DNA of 63,952 nucleotides, filler included, from Pirum gemmata (GCA_002812295.1; 13 parts of 13 records of this genome joined end to end with filler, not necessarily neighbours in it), one strand, 5' to 3'; positions 50,244 to 63,395 are shown, counted from the whole stretch's first letter. Notes: generated by a model from the sequence alone, not told the origin. Numbers and translations: made by a program.

Positions 50244-50472
50244 AGGCTTCTCCCAATTCTGCTCTGTTTAAAAATCGAGCTTTCGAGTCTGCATAATAAT
50301 TAATAAGTTCGAAATGTTTAAGCTTACAATTAAGTATTCAAATATATTTATTTATTTTATTTAAAACACCCAAAAAATACGAAAAAAAATATTTTTCGAA
50401 CGGAGCTAAATTTTGGCTTTTTTGGCAGCAGAAATTTGAGTTTTCGGGTTTGAGCAGAATTGGGAGACGCCT
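50244..50472 (+). mobile_element. MITE family C, intact copy
   Basis: TIR AGGCTTCTCCCAATTCTGCTC / GAGCAGAATTGGGAGACGCCT; TSD not resolved. Confidence 0.87.
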
Positions 50473-51705
50473 ACTACTAGCTAGAGTAGACCGGTTCTAG
50501 CTTGTAGTGGTATGATAGTCTGTAGTGTAGACTCTCAGTAGTAGACTCATCAATCGGAAACCTTTTTTTTTTTTTTTGCAAAAAAGAAAGGTCTGGTTTC
50601 TTCGAATTAGTAATTTTTTAATCGAAGGATTATGTGACGTCATCAGCTACCTTACTACCTTGTAATAAAATAAAATGCTGAGAAAGAGGGAACTTTTAAG
50701 GAAAAATTAAGTTCGAAAAACTTACTCGAAAGCGTTTAGCTGGTAGACCTGGTCAGAGAGTTCCAAATCAAGTAATTTTAATACCTGCTACTAAACACTA
50801 AACCTATTTATAAACTACTGGGCACTGCTAGTAGCTACTAGCTAGCCTACTACTACTAGCTAGCTAGCAGCTATCGTACTAGTCGTGTCTGGTGTCCGGA
50901 TATTATAATATGAAATCAATTTTTTTTTTTAAAAGCCGAATAAAAATGGCGACATTTCATTATATGAACTCAAAATCCAAAAATCTCAAAAATTATCCAG
51001 TACTGTCATATTTTTTTTTAAAAAAAAAGAAATCAGTTTTTTAAAAAACTAAGAAAAGTTCTAAGAAAACTCTATTATTAAAACCAATAGCTAGTTTTAA
51101 AAAATAATTTGGCTATTTAGGAGGTTTTTAGAAAAGAAGTCTAAAAAAAACGATTTCTACAGCTTGGCTGTTAAAAAAAAAATTAAAAATTATAAATTAA
51201 AAAAAAAAAAAAAAAATAAAAATAAAAAAAAAAAAAAAAAAAGCCACAATATTAATTGTTATTGTTATTGTTATTGTTATTGTTGTGTTATTGTATAGAT
51301 TCCTCTAATTACTAATTATATCATAACCTGTTACCTCTAGTGGGTCTAGAACTAATTTTATTACGGAATAGTATTTGAGAGTAATTAACGTTTATTGTTA
51401 TTATATTGTTATATAAATATATGCATATTGTTACTGTTGTTGTTGTTATTGTTATATGCATATGGTTATATTAGTGTGGTTGTTGATATTGTTTTTATAA
51501 GTATATATATATATATATATATTTACTGTTATTATTATTATTATAACAATATTGTGATAATTATTGTTATTATTGTTGTTGTTACATTGATATTGTTAAT
51601 TAACGTTATTAATATTATCGCTATATTTTGTTATTGTTATAATATTGTTATTATTGTTGTTATAACCGATTTATTATAACTATACATAATATATATATTA
51701 ATATA

Positions 51706-51765
51706 TATATATATAGCAAAAAAGTGGTTATTTTCGAAAATTACCACTTTTTTGCTATATATATA
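51706..51765. repeat. About 60-bp loopless palindrome inside (TA)n
   Basis: tagcaaaaaagtggttattttc|gaaaattaccacttttttgcta, one mismatch. Confidence 0.85.
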
Positions 51766-52016
51766 CATACAATTATATATAATATTGTTATTAATATTAA
51801 TATTACTATGTATAAATTAATATTGTTATTGTTATTTTTATTATTGTTATCACTTTTGACTGCATAATTATCAAACTATCATTATAGACAAGACTTATTG
51901 ATATACACAAATCGATAATAAAATAATAATATCGATAATAACAATGCTGATTAATTAATTCTTGATAGGTAGTCTAGGGTAGCTAAAAATCAGAAATAAA
52001 TTTTGCTCCTCAATTT

Positions 52017-52051
<35 letters not shown>

Positions 52052-52204
52052 CTTTGAGTAGCTAGGAAAGGGTATGGAATGGGCGTGTAAACTTTTACAA
52101 GTTTAGATGAAGAATTTTTGGATAGATTTATGGGAAAGTAATGTATATAAACGAAATATACAGGCCGTACTAGTTGAACAATCTTAATATGTAAATAAAA
52201 CATT

Positions 52205-52426
52205 GGAAGATGCGAAAAAAATCATCAAATCGAGACTAGTTCGAAATTTTCGAAATATTTCGATCAAATTTTAAGTATTGACTCATTTTTGATTTGAAAA
52301 TTTTTTAGAAATTTTCTAGAAATTTTGTAGAAAAAACAAAAAACTTGAAACTCGAAAAAAAAGAATATCATTTCAAAGTTGTCGCTATTAGGATCGAACT
52401 GTTTGATTCGATTATGTTTTCCCTAT
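52205..52426 (+). mobile_element. MITE family B
   Basis: Body homology; ends eroded. Confidence 0.78.
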
Positions 52427-52462
52427 TTAAAAAAAAAAATTTGTACCAGTTTACAAAATAAC

Positions 52463-52717
52463 AGTAGGGGTGAGATATCTACTGGGAATTTTTTTCGAAC
52501 ATATGCTTATCGAGCCAACCTTAGTTCCGTGTTTTTTACTAATAATAGCAGTTAAATAGCTTAAAATAGGAAATCTAATTATAGTAGATACCAATTAAAG
52601 TAGTAGTATGAACATTAATAGTAATAAAACCATANTTAATAGTAATAAAACCATAAAAATCGGAAAAGTTCCGGCAGCTGTTCGGTAATAATAAAATGAC
52701 GTCATCTCACCCCTACT
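52463..52717 (-). mobile_element. MITE family A, copy 4
   Basis: TIRs present; 8-bp TSD aaaataac. Confidence 0.92.
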
Positions 52718-53092
52718 AAAATAACCCAAAATATCACTAAAATATCGATAGTTAAAAAAAGATAACTAAAAAAAAGGTATAAAAGTAAAAAAAATCGTTG
52801 TGAAATGCAAAAAAAAAAAAAGTAACAGTTACTCTACTCTAGCTAGACAGTTACTGTTATTTACAAAAAGTAAGTAATAAAAATTGCTTTCAACAATAAT
52901 ACGAAATTATCCAACACAACACACAACAAGAGTAAGGCTGTCATTGATAGCCTTTATTTAAACAAGAGTAAGACTTGATTTAATTTTAGTTTTATCAACA
53001 ACAATAACAACAACAATACTAAAACCCTTCAATTTTTACCATTATTTGTTTGAGCTTTTTTTTATAAAAAGTACGCTTGTCTATTAAAAAAC

Positions 53093-53779
53093 ATGAATAG
53101 CCCACGTAAGTCAATTTTATGTAGTGCTGCTTCAAAAAGTAGTACACCACAAACACGTACTATTAACAAAAAAAAAAAAGTAACTTTTGAGAAGAACTTG
53201 CCCCAACATGCCCGTTCACCAGTGTTTGCCAGGAAATTAAAAGCAGCACGTGAAATGCTAAAACAACAGAAAATTCAACGTCAATTGCAAACGTTTTTTC
53301 AAGAACTTTCCGGTAATTACTTTTGTGTAGTTTTTATTTTGTATTATTTTCCATCACTTTGTTTTTGGCTGCTGTGACTTTTTAATTTATTTACTAATTC
53401 CACTTTTATATACTGAAAACAGAGGTTCATGACAAGGAGTTAGGGATTTTCAACATAATCAGCGGTCCCAGCACTAGTAAAAATATAAACCTTGGTAACA
53501 ACAACAAAAACGAAATCAACAACCCTACAACAGCAACAACAATGCTTGATAACCAATATTTCCAACCCGATCCTAGCAATATATTCAATAATAATGAAAA
53601 TAACGAGTGGGAGGTGAATAATAGCAATATTGTAAATATACACAACAACAACAACAACAACGCTAGAACAACAACTACTACGCTTGATACCCAAAATCTC
53701 CAACCCGATCCTAGCAATATAATCAATAGTAATCATAATAAGGAGTGGGTGATAAATAACAGCGATATTATTAATACAC

Positions 53780-53822
<43 letters not shown>

Positions 53823-53826
53823 CGCT

Positions 53827-53865
<39 letters not shown>

Positions 53866-54192
53866 GCAACAACAACAACAACAACAACAACACTTGATAG
53901 CCCAAATATCCAACCCGATCCTATCAATTTAATCAATAACAATAATAATAACGAGTGGGAAATATATAACAACAATATTATAAATACACGCCACAACAAC
54001 AACGCCACAACAACAACACTTGATAGCCAAAATCTACAACCCGATCCAAGAAATTTAATCAATAATAATATTAATAAAGAGTGGGAGATATATAACAGCA
54101 ATATTATGAATACGCACAACAACAACAACGCTGTAAGAACAAAAACGCTTGATAGCCAAGATCTCCAAGCCGATCCTAGCCATTTAATCTAC

Positions 54193-54225
<33 letters not shown>

Positions 54226-54264
54226 GAATGGGAGATAAATAACAGCAATATTATAGATACACAT

Positions 54265-54295
<31 letters not shown>

Positions 54296-54460
54296 GCAGC
54301 AGCAGCAACAACGCTACAACAACAACAGCAGCAACAAATACAGCAACAACAACAACAACAATGATTGATAGCCAAAATCTCAACCCCGATCCTAGCAATG
54401 TAATCAATAATAATAATACTAACGAGTGGGAGATAACTAACAGCAATATTATAAATACAC

Positions 54461-54494
<34 letters not shown>
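53093..54494 (+). CDS. Asn/Thr-rich repeat protein, exons 53093-53312 and 53423 to contig end
   Basis: Phase-1 GT-AG intron joins the two ORFs; 6 repeats of LDSQNLQPDPSN...NEWEINNSNIINTH. Confidence 0.78.
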
Positions 54495-55135
54495 NNNNNN
54501 NNNNNNNNNNNNNNNNNNNNNNNNNNNNNNNNNNNNNNTTAATTAATTAANNNNNNNNNNNNNNNNNNNNNNNNNNNNNNNNNNNNNNNNNNNNGTGTTT
54601 TTTTTTATTTAGTGTAAAAAAAAAGTAGGGTATTTTTTAGTTAATTGAAATAATATATTATATTTTTTTCATGAGAAATGATTGGGTTAAAAAATATTCT
54701 GTTCTTAATTTTAAACTCCAATTAAAAAATTACTATTACTGTAGTATTACTGTAGTATGATACAAATAATTTTAAAAAACAACCAACTTTTGGATTTTAC
54801 TCGAATTTTCAGTTTTCAAAAATAAGTAATATTACAATAGGTGTTTAATAGGTTTGAAATTTTGAAATGTAAAAAAAATCGGGCTTTTATATTATTGGTA
54901 AAAAAAAAAGATGGCTGTTTTTGGATGGTCTACACCGTGTCATAATTATTTTTTTTTTTTTTTTTTTTTGATTTTGGCCCGACCTTTAAAAAAAAAAAGA
55001 AATCGATTCATAAAAAAAATTTCGAATACATACTATTTTTACTATGTTTGATTCTTATTTTTTTTCAAACTTTTGTATGAGTATTACTACTATATTTAGC
55101 TGGACCAATTTTGGAATTTGGTCTCCCAGCTGTTT

Positions 55136-55394
55136 TTCCCAATTCTGCTCGAGCCCGAAAGCTCGAATTTCTGCTGTCGAAAAAAAAAAAAAAAGCCGAA
55201 ATTCAGCCCTGTTCGAAAATTATTTATTCATTTTTTCGGGTTTATAAATAAATAAATATGTTTGAAAATTATTTTAATCATTTTTCGGGTTTATAAATAA
55301 ATAAATATACTCGAATATTTAACCGTTAGCTTAAAATTTTCGAACTTATTTAATTAATACATAGGCTCGAAAACTCGATTTTTAAACAAAGCAG
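55136..55394 (-). mobile_element. MITE family C (further partial copies at 61878-62073 and 62140-62312)
   Basis: cccaattctgctcgagcccgaaa... matches reverse complement of 3581-3787. Confidence 0.8.
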
Positions 55395-55602
55395 GATCTA
55401 GCTAGATGCCCTGATTAGCTGTTTTTCATAAAAAACATAATATAGTACCAAAATAGTAATATATGAAATTTGTTTGGTGCAATTTAACTAATTTGGCATA
55501 TTTTATTATTTATTTATTAAGTTTAAATAATCACATTAATATATGTTAAAATGCCAAATAAATAATTGAAGTGACAATAAAAATGAAATTTATCAATTCC
55601 AG

Positions 55603-55789
55603 GGAGATGTGGGAAAAACCATCGAATCGAGACTAGTTCGAAACTATTGAAATTTTTCGATCTATAAAATTCTTAGAAATTTCATAGAAGAGCTTGAATC
55701 TCGAAAAAGAAAGAAAACCATTTCAAAATTGACACTATTTAATAACTAGGATCGAGCTGTTTGATTCGATTATGTTTTCTTTTATCTCC
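55603..55789 (+). mobile_element. MITE family B
   Basis: TIRs present; TSD cag. Confidence 0.86.
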
Positions 55790-55861
55790 CAGAAAACCCA
55801 CATAAACATAAAAAATAGTCCACATTACCCTATTAGACCCATTAGTAGCTCTACCACTAAA

Positions 55862-56375
55862 ACCCTAACCCTAACCCTAACCCTAACCCTAACCCTAACC
55901 CTAACTATAACCCTAACTATAACCCTAACCCTAAACCCTAACCCTAACCATACTCTAACCCATAATAAACTTGCTCATTTTTTAAACTAATTATTCATAA
56001 AAATAATTTACTACAAAAATTTTAAGCTTAATTAATCCTAACCCCTAACCACAACTCTATCCTAACCCTAACCCTAACCCTAACCCTAACCCCAACCCTA
56101 ACCCTAACCCTAACCCTAACCCTATACCTAATTACCCTGCCCTAACTCTAACAGCCCCTAGCCCTCTAAACTCTAGTGTCTGATAGCGCCCTAACCTAAA
56201 CCCTAACCCTAGCCCTAACCCTAACCCTAACATTAACCCTAACCCTAACCCTAATGTTAACCCTAACCCTAATTACCCTACCCTAACCCTAATTACCCTA
56301 CCCTAACCCTAACCTAACATACCCTAACCCTAACCTTAACCCTAACCCTAACAGTCCCTAACCCTAACCCTAACC
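55862..56375. repeat. Degenerate interstitial (CCCTAA)n arrays
   Basis: Direct reading. Confidence 0.88.
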
Positions 56376-56470
56376 ATAATATAACAATAATAAAAATACT
56401 GTTAATACTGTTAATAATGATAGGTAGTAAGTTTATTTTTATAACACAAAATAAAAAATAACAATAACAA

Positions 56471-59038
56471 TTAGTAAATTATTTGAGATTCTCTCACATG
56501 TGAAACAAGATTTTCTTCCCATATTCTTTTCACCATTTTATCAAAGCTAATTTCTAATGCGCGAACTCTAACACCTTCATTCGGACGTCCTAATCTAGCG
56601 TAAAACCGATCTTCGGCCAAATTTAAATTAATTCGAGCATTTTCAATTTGAGTTTGCAAAGTTTTAACTTTCTTGGAATCCATTTGTGAATTTGTGACTG
56701 CCTTTTGTAGTAATATTTCATACTGTTCAGCATACTTGTTTGCATTGTTGTATTGTACAATATCTAGGTCGAGTTGTTTTCTTCGCCAACTTTCTTCAAC
56801 ATTATCATAGAATTGCTTTTGCACTAGAGCTTCGTTTTGTGCCCATTTTTCAAGATAAGAATCGCGAATGGTTTTTTTAGTTGTTTGCCAGCTTTGAAGT
56901 TTGTTGGTAAGTTGCTTATTTGTTTCTAATCTTTTAAGTTGTAGTAATTGTTCTTGTAATTTTAAAAGTTCCTCTCGCCCTTTTGCAAAAGTTAAAGCAT
57001 GGCGTTTTCGTAATCTTATTTGTGTTTGTATTTTTTTTTTAAAAGCCCAAGGTACGTCTTCAAACGTTGCTAAACCAAAAAAGCGTCCATTCTTCGCTGC
57101 ATCTATCCGGATTTCTCTATATAAAGCATACTGTTGTGTTATTGTCGGTTTTATGGGTCTTTCTTTATAAGTTTTCAACCAATTTGTTGCTTGATTTTGC
57201 TCTAAATCCTGTTTTGCAAACCACCATTTTCTTTGTTCATCCTTTATTTTTCCTATTTTCAAACCTAATTCATTATTTTTAGCATGCCATTGTTTAATTA
57301 GGATTTGCGATTGTTGTTCATTGTTTGATGCTAAAGACTGATGAACTCTCGCGCGATAAGTAGCGAACTCCTCCATTCCGCTTTTTTCAAATTCGTATAA
57401 CTTTGTTGGATCGAATGATTTTAATGATTTTCCAACATCTTCTACTCTTTTTACCCCGGCTCGAAATAAATTATCATATTCGAATTCTGGTAATGCATCC
57501 AATTGTTTTTGTAAGTAAAGTTGTGCTTGTTGGATTCGATCAGGTACGTCTGAAAAATCTAAACTTTTCAAAGTTGATACCAATTCTAAAACTTGCTGAT
57601 TATTAGAAAACGACGAGAAACCGGAGTCCATAGAGTTTTTAAGGGTCTTAGTCATTTCTAACAAATACGTAAATTTGGCATCTAATGCAGCTTGGGAAAA
57701 ATAGAATCCCTTGGCTAAATTATTTGCTGCAGCAGAGTTAGAATGTTTTATTAAGTCCAGAGTATTTTCCGTTATAAGTTTCTGGGTTTTAACATTAATA
57801 TTGGGATACATATTATATGTCGATTTATGTGTACGTGGTGGTGGTGATGATGATGGTGGTGATGATGTAATGGCTTTATTATGGGGATTAAGGTGTGTAT
57901 TTGGTTGTGATTGACCTTTTACAGGGTATGGCCTTCTGGGTGGTGGTGTTGGTGGTGGTGTTGGTGGTGGTGTTGGTGGTGTTGGTGGTGGGGTGTTTGT
58001 ATTATGTTTTAAAGTAATAGTTGTTGTAATTTGGCCGTTTGCATTTTTTGTTGTTACTTTAGTGAATACAGCCCCTTTTAGCTTTTCAGGAGTGTATTTG
58101 TAATGTTGTATGAAAATATCTTTCATTTCTTCTAATTCTTTACCAGCTAAAACGTTTGTTTTATCAGCGTGTCTGACTGCCGTATCAACAGCTTGTTTCG
58201 AACTAGTTCCTACTATAGAATCCCCCGATTTGCTAGCTTGACCAACTATATCCATTACCGCGCTTGAAATTGCTCTTTTATTTCGGTTAAGTTTGGTTTT
58301 CATATGTACAGGAACATTATTCTTAAGTTTATAATTATTAGCTTTATCATTATTCGCTGTAAGCACTCGCGAAATCAAAATTGTAGACGAAACAGCCATA
58401 GCCAAGGGTTGATTAACATAACTATTGGTTAAATTGTTATAAAAATTACCAATGGAACCTTCAAATAACAATATTGCTTCTTGATTCGTATTGTTCCTGT
58501 CATTGTTATTGTTCTTGTTATTGTTATTGTTATTGTTACTGTTATTGTTATTGTTATTTTTATTGTTATTGTTATTGTTATTGTCCAATTTTACAACAAT
58601 ATGTTCTTGTTGTTCTGATGTTGAATCATCAGATTTAAACTTTACTGTGATGCCATTGTAATTAGTAGAAGACCCAACTTTTTCAAACTCTTTAATAGAT
58701 TTAAACTGTAATTCAGTGCTGATATCCTTTAAGTTAAAACTTGTCTTATTAATATTATTAATAATGTTATTAATCTCATGATCATCATGATTGCTATTGT
58801 AAGAAGTTAATATTTTCTGAATATTCTTACTTACTTTCTCTTTATTGTAATTTACAATCAAACTCATGGCATTTACAATTTCATTTTGTTCGTCTTTAGT
58901 TTTGTTATGTAGAATGTAAGTTAATAAGTTATTTTCAGGATCATGTTGGAAAGTGGTTTGGGCATGAGTACTAGTAGCATGATAAAATACAAAAAAACAA
59001 AATATGTTAATGTTGGCTAAAACTGTAAAACTTTTCAT
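56471..59038 (-). CDS. Intronless 855-aa predicted secreted protein with basic processing site, Pro-rich linker and coiled-coil C-terminus
   Basis: Signal-like MKSFTVLANINIFCFFVFYHATSTHA|Q; RNKR|AISS; PPTPPTPPP; Q/K/E/L-rich C-terminal half. Confidence 0.87.
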   Translation of the reverse strand: MKSFTVLANINIFCFFVFYHATSTHAQTTFQHDPENNLLTYILHNKTKDEQNEIVNAMSLIVNYNKEKVSKNIQKILTSYNSNHDDHEINNIINNINKTSFNLKDISTELQFKSIKEFEKVGSSTNYNGITVKFKSDDSTSEQQEHIVVKLDNNNNNNNKNNNNNNSNNNNNNNKNNNNDRNNTNQEAILLFEGSIGNFYNNLTNSYVNQPLAMAVSSTILISRVLTANNDKANNYKLKNNVPVHMKTKLNRNKRAISSAVMDIVGQASKSGDSIVGTSSKQAVDTAVRHADKTNVLAGKELEEMKDIFIQHYKYTPEKLKGAVFTKVTTKNANGQITTTITLKHNTNTPPPTPPTPPPTPPPTPPPRRPYPVKGQSQPNTHLNPHNKAITSSPPSSSPPPRTHKSTYNMYPNINVKTQKLITENTLDLIKHSNSAAANNLAKGFYFSQAALDAKFTYLLEMTKTLKNSMDSGFSSFSNNQQVLELVSTLKSLDFSDVPDRIQQAQLYLQKQLDALPEFEYDNLFRAGVKRVEDVGKSLKSFDPTKLYEFEKSGMEEFATYRARVHQSLASNNEQQSQILIKQWHAKNNELGLKIGKIKDEQRKWWFAKQDLEQNQATNWLKTYKERPIKPTITQQYALYREIRIDAAKNGRFFGLATFEDVPWAFKKKIQTQIRLRKRHALTFAKGREELLKLQEQLLQLKRLETNKQLTNKLQSWQTTKKTIRDSYLEKWAQNEALVQKQFYDNVEESWRRKQLDLDIVQYNNANKYAEQYEILLQKAVTNSQMDSKKVKTLQTQIENARINLNLAEDRFYARLGRPNEGVRVRALEISFDKMVKRIWEENLVSHVRESQIIY

Positions 59039-59861
59039 TTTTTTTTAAATTTAATATTTGAATTATTAATAAACTAATAATAATAATAATNATTATTATT
59101 ATTATTATATGATTTTAGCTTGTTCCAATTGTAAATTTTTCAAGCAAAAAAACTCGAAATTTGAAATGAAATGTAAAAATTGAAAATATTTAAATTGTAT
59201 CAAATATAATAGTAATACTTATGTTTGATATAACTTATGCATAGTTCGATTTTGTTCGATATCATATATACTTCATTCGAGTTTGTTCGAAATACTTTGT
59301 TCGTCGTTTGATTTTTAACATGTTGGTAGATAGGGTGCAAAGCGCAAACAGTCTAAAAACTTCCTTCTTTTTTTACTAAATAAAACCCCACCATTTTTTT
59401 TATATATATTCGAAAATTTCAAACCTATAAAATATATATTAAACAAGTCATGCTTTAAAACTAAAAACTCTATCGAGCCCAAAAAGTTGGTTGTTTTTAA
59501 ATGATTTGCACTATTATTATTATTACTACTTTTTTATTGGTTGGTAACATTATAGTATAATTGTATTTTTTTAGGAGGGGTGAGAACTCTTATGGCGAAC
59601 TTTTTTGACCGAGGCACAAAGTAAATGTTGTTTGCCTGTTTCGCCTTACCATATTTAGTATTTNNNNNNNNNNNNNNNNNNNNNNNNNNNNNNNNNNNNN
59701 NNNNNNNTTAATTAATTAANNNNNNNNNNNNNNNNNNNNNNNNNNNNNNNNNNNNNNNNNNNNTAGTATATTTTTATTATTATTATTTTTTTTTTATGAC
59801 ATACGAGAAAAACCAGCTAAGCCAATACACAGTCTGACTCTGAGTACACAAATAGAGAATT

Positions 59862-59995
59862 TTCAAATACTACGTAAAGCAAATTTCCCTTCAAATACAG
59901 CTTCAAATACCCCTACATACCTACCCCTCAACGTTAATTTCCTGTCAAACACCACCTACCTACCCCTTGACGTGACGTATTATATGAACGCATCC
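59862..59995 (+). mobile_element. MITE family D (diverged)
   Basis: Matches 10615-10760. Confidence 0.78.
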
Positions 59996-60017
59996 ATACC
60001 GAATACATTCCAACTTG

Positions 60018-60169
60018 GGAGATGCATGTGGGAAAACCTATCGAATCGAGCTCTAGTTTGAAACTTTCGAAATTTTTCGAACTAAATTTTAAGTATTAAA
60101 TGGTCACTATTTTTTTAAAAAATAATTACAATCGAGCTGTTCGATTCGATTACGTTTTCCCATATCTTC
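60018..60169 (+). mobile_element. MITE family B (internally deleted)
   Basis: Both ends recognisable. Confidence 0.75.
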
Positions 60170-60212
60170 TAATACTTCAATCCAGATAAGCCAATCAAGT
60201 GCTATAATTATT

Positions 60213-60441
60213 TAGGGGTGAGATGACGTCATTTTATTATTACCGAACAGCTGCCGGAAACTTTTTCGATTTTATGGTTTATTACTATTAATGTTAATAT
60301 TATTACTTTAATTGGTATCTAATAAATTATATTTACTATTTTAAGCTATTTAAATGATATTATTAGTAAGAAACACGGAACTAAGGTTGGCTCGATAAGC
60401 ATCTGTTCGAAAAAAGTTCCAGTAGATATCTCACCCCTACT
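60213..60441 (+). mobile_element. MITE family A, copy 5 (left end lacks the first 2 nt)
   Basis: TAGGGGTGAGAT...ATCTCACCCCTACT; no TSD seen. Confidence 0.88.
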
Positions 60442-60853
60442 AATATTCTAGTAATATTCTATTTATATATTATTATATAAATAAAATATAAATAATAAAT
60501 TGTGGTTGGTTTTTCTATTCTCATCATGATCATCAAATCAAAAGCGAGATGAGGTAGCGAACCTAGCAAATAGTTGTAGTTCGATTTTGTAGTTTCGAGC
60601 TATATATTTAACATAGTTCGAACATGTAAAAATTATTCTGATCAAATAACATTTCAAAAGTGTTTGAAATGTTAGCTACTAGCTAACCCTAACCCTAACC
60701 CTAACCCTAACCCTAACCCTAACCCTAACCCTAACCCTAACCCTAACCCTAACCCTAACCCTAACCCTAACCCTTTCTTATTTCGGTTGTATGATAGTAA
60801 AGTACTGTTTTTGTATTAATAACAATTGACTTGATTGTTTTTAATAATATGAT

Positions 60854-61048
60854 TATCGTGCTTTTCAGTTATTTTATCGTCATAAAAATTTAATATACAA
60901 TAAATAGTACCAAAGTAATACAATATAAGTCCATTTCATTTAATTTGGTATAATTTACTATATATTTATTTATTTAAAAGTATCAATTTAAATATTATAA
61001 ACCACCAAATAAATATTCTGAGTGATAAAATAAATGAAAAGCACAATA
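60854..61048 (+). mobile_element. MITE family E
   Basis: TATCGTGCTTTTCA...TGAAAAGCACAATA. Confidence 0.8.
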
Positions 61049-62490
61049 GTAATAGATTAAAAGGTATAGTCAAAATTAAAGTGTACTATAGAATAATTTA
61101 TTTATAATAATAAGTGAAAAATAACATTATCTGTGTTAATGTTTAAAAGTGTGTATTAATAAAATATGCTGTAAATGAAATTAATTAAGTAAATAATATG
61201 CCAAGTGTGAAGCACAGTATCTATGTCAAGTGTGTATAATAACAATATGTTTTAAATTAAATTAAGTAAATAATATTAATTAATATGCCAAATGTGAAGC
61301 ATATACAAATAAGTGTTTAGGTAACTAGGGAAGGTCAAAGAAATTAAAGGTATAAATAATAAGTGTATTTATGTATATAGCAATGTAATAAATAGTAATA
61401 ACTGTACTTACTATAATTATATAGTGTAATGATTGAAAGAATGCTGTAAATGCAATGAATAATTGAATTAATATTAATATTGATTGTATATTGTAATTAT
61501 ATTGATTATAATAATAATAATAATTGTACTTATTATTATTATACATTGTTGAATAGTTTATAAGAGTGAATAGTTTATCAAGTGATTATCAAGTGTGAAC
61601 AGAGTGATAGTAGTAAAGTTTATCGTAATGGAATAGTATTATATAAATAGAGTATTAATAAGAAAATGGAAAAGTAGAAAAAACTCTCTTTTGAAAATTG
61701 TAACATCTCTTGAAAAGGGTGAAATGGTAAACCAAAACAATAAAGTAAATGTTGTAATTAATATTATATGAGTTGATTATTTTTTAAAATAAGTAAAAAT
61801 AATTTGAAATATATCATAAAAATAATATTGTAAAAAATCAAACATAAATAAATAATTATTTAGCTAAACCAATCAAGCCCAAATTCTGCTCGAGCCCGAA
61901 AACTCGAATTTCTGCCGTCGAAAAAAAAAAAAAGGCCGAAATTCAGCCCTGTTCGAAAATTATTTTTTTCCATTTTTTTTCATATCATATATAAATAAAT
62001 ATATTTGAATACTTATTAATTGTAAGCTCAAAATCTCGAACTTATTTAATTAATAAATAGGCTTGAAAACTCGATCGAAGCAGTGCTATAATTAGGTGAA
62101 TAATAATTAGAGAATAATTCTATTTATAAAAAAAAAAAATCCCAATTCTGCTCAAGCCCGAAAACACAAAAAAAGCCAAAATTCAGCTCCGTTCGAAAAA
62201 AATGTTTTTTTCGTATTTTTCGGGTTTTTAATAAATAAATATATTTGAATACTTAAATGTAAGATTAAACATTTCGAACTTATTAATTAATGTATATAGA
62301 CTCGAAAATTCGAAATCTTGATTAGAATTTTTATAACCATATTTAGTAGATTTTAGTAAAGTAATTTACGATTTGGGTTTTTTTTTAACCAATCAATATT
62401 AAGATCGTGGAAAAAAGTTATTTTTAGAACTACCAGCCCTAGACTATTAGCTAGAGTCTAGAGAGTCTGAGTAGAGACCAATTTAACTTT

Positions 62491-62547
62491 AAGCTCACAA
62501 AAGCCAAACTAAAGCAAAAAAAAGTAAATCTAGACTATCTAGATTTC
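62491..62547 (+). repeat. About 56-bp dispersed repeat, also at about 576-631
   Basis: aagctcacaaaagccaaactaaagcaaaaaaaagtaaatctag.ctatctagattt. Confidence 0.8.
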
Positions 62548-62589
62548 CTGTTCCAGGGCAAAAGTGACTAAAGTGATATCGTGTTTTTC

Positions 62590-63200
62590 AGTTAGAGTTA
62601 GGGGTTTCGGGTTAGGGATTAGGGTTAGGGATTAGGGATTAGGGTTAGGGTTAGGGTTAGGGATTAGGGTTAGGGTTAGGGTTAGGGTTAGGGTTAGGGT
62701 TAGGGTTAGGGTTAGGGTTAGGGTTAGGGTTAGGGTTAGTGCTAGGGTTAGGGTAAGGTGTTGATTGTTGATTGCTGGGTTGTATTGTAAATAATATTCA
62801 ATAGTGTAATATTGTGTTAATTAATTTTTGGTAGTTGGTAGTCAGTACCCCGGTAGTTGTTAGCATTTGGTTTTTGGTTGTTGGTAGTTGGACTGTTGAC
62901 TGTTGACTGTTAATTAACGTTGACTGTCGATTATTGATTATTTGATTGTTAAGTTTTATGCTTGATTGTTGATTGTTGATTGTTGATCGTTGATTGTTGA
63001 TTGTTGATTGTTCATGATTATTGATTGTTGAGATTGTTGAGTGTTGATTGCCTAACCCTAACCCTAACCCCTAACCCTAACCCCTAACCCTAACCCTAAC
63101 CCTAACCCCAACTCCAACCCCAATCCTAACTCCAACCCTAACTCTAACCCAACCCTAACTCTAACCCTAACCCTAACCCTAACCCTAACCCTAACCCTAA
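62590..63200. repeat. Opposed (TTAGGG)n (62590-62755) and (CCCTAA)n (63050-63200) arrays separated by a GATTGTT-rich spacer
   Basis: Direct reading. Confidence 0.88.
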
Positions 63201-63212
63201 TAAATAAATAAA

Positions 63213-63395
63213 TATCGTGCTTTTCATTTATTTTGCCACTCTAACTAAATATTTATTTGGAGGGTTATAATCTTTAAATTGACATTTTAAAATTAATACA
63301 TAAATAATAAAATATACCGATATATATTGTATTAATTAATTTTGGCACTATTTATTATATATTTCATAATGACAAAACAACTAAAAAGCACTGTA
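63213..63395 (-). mobile_element. MITE family E
   Basis: TATCGTGCTTTTCA...TAAAAAGCACTGTA. Confidence 0.77.
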
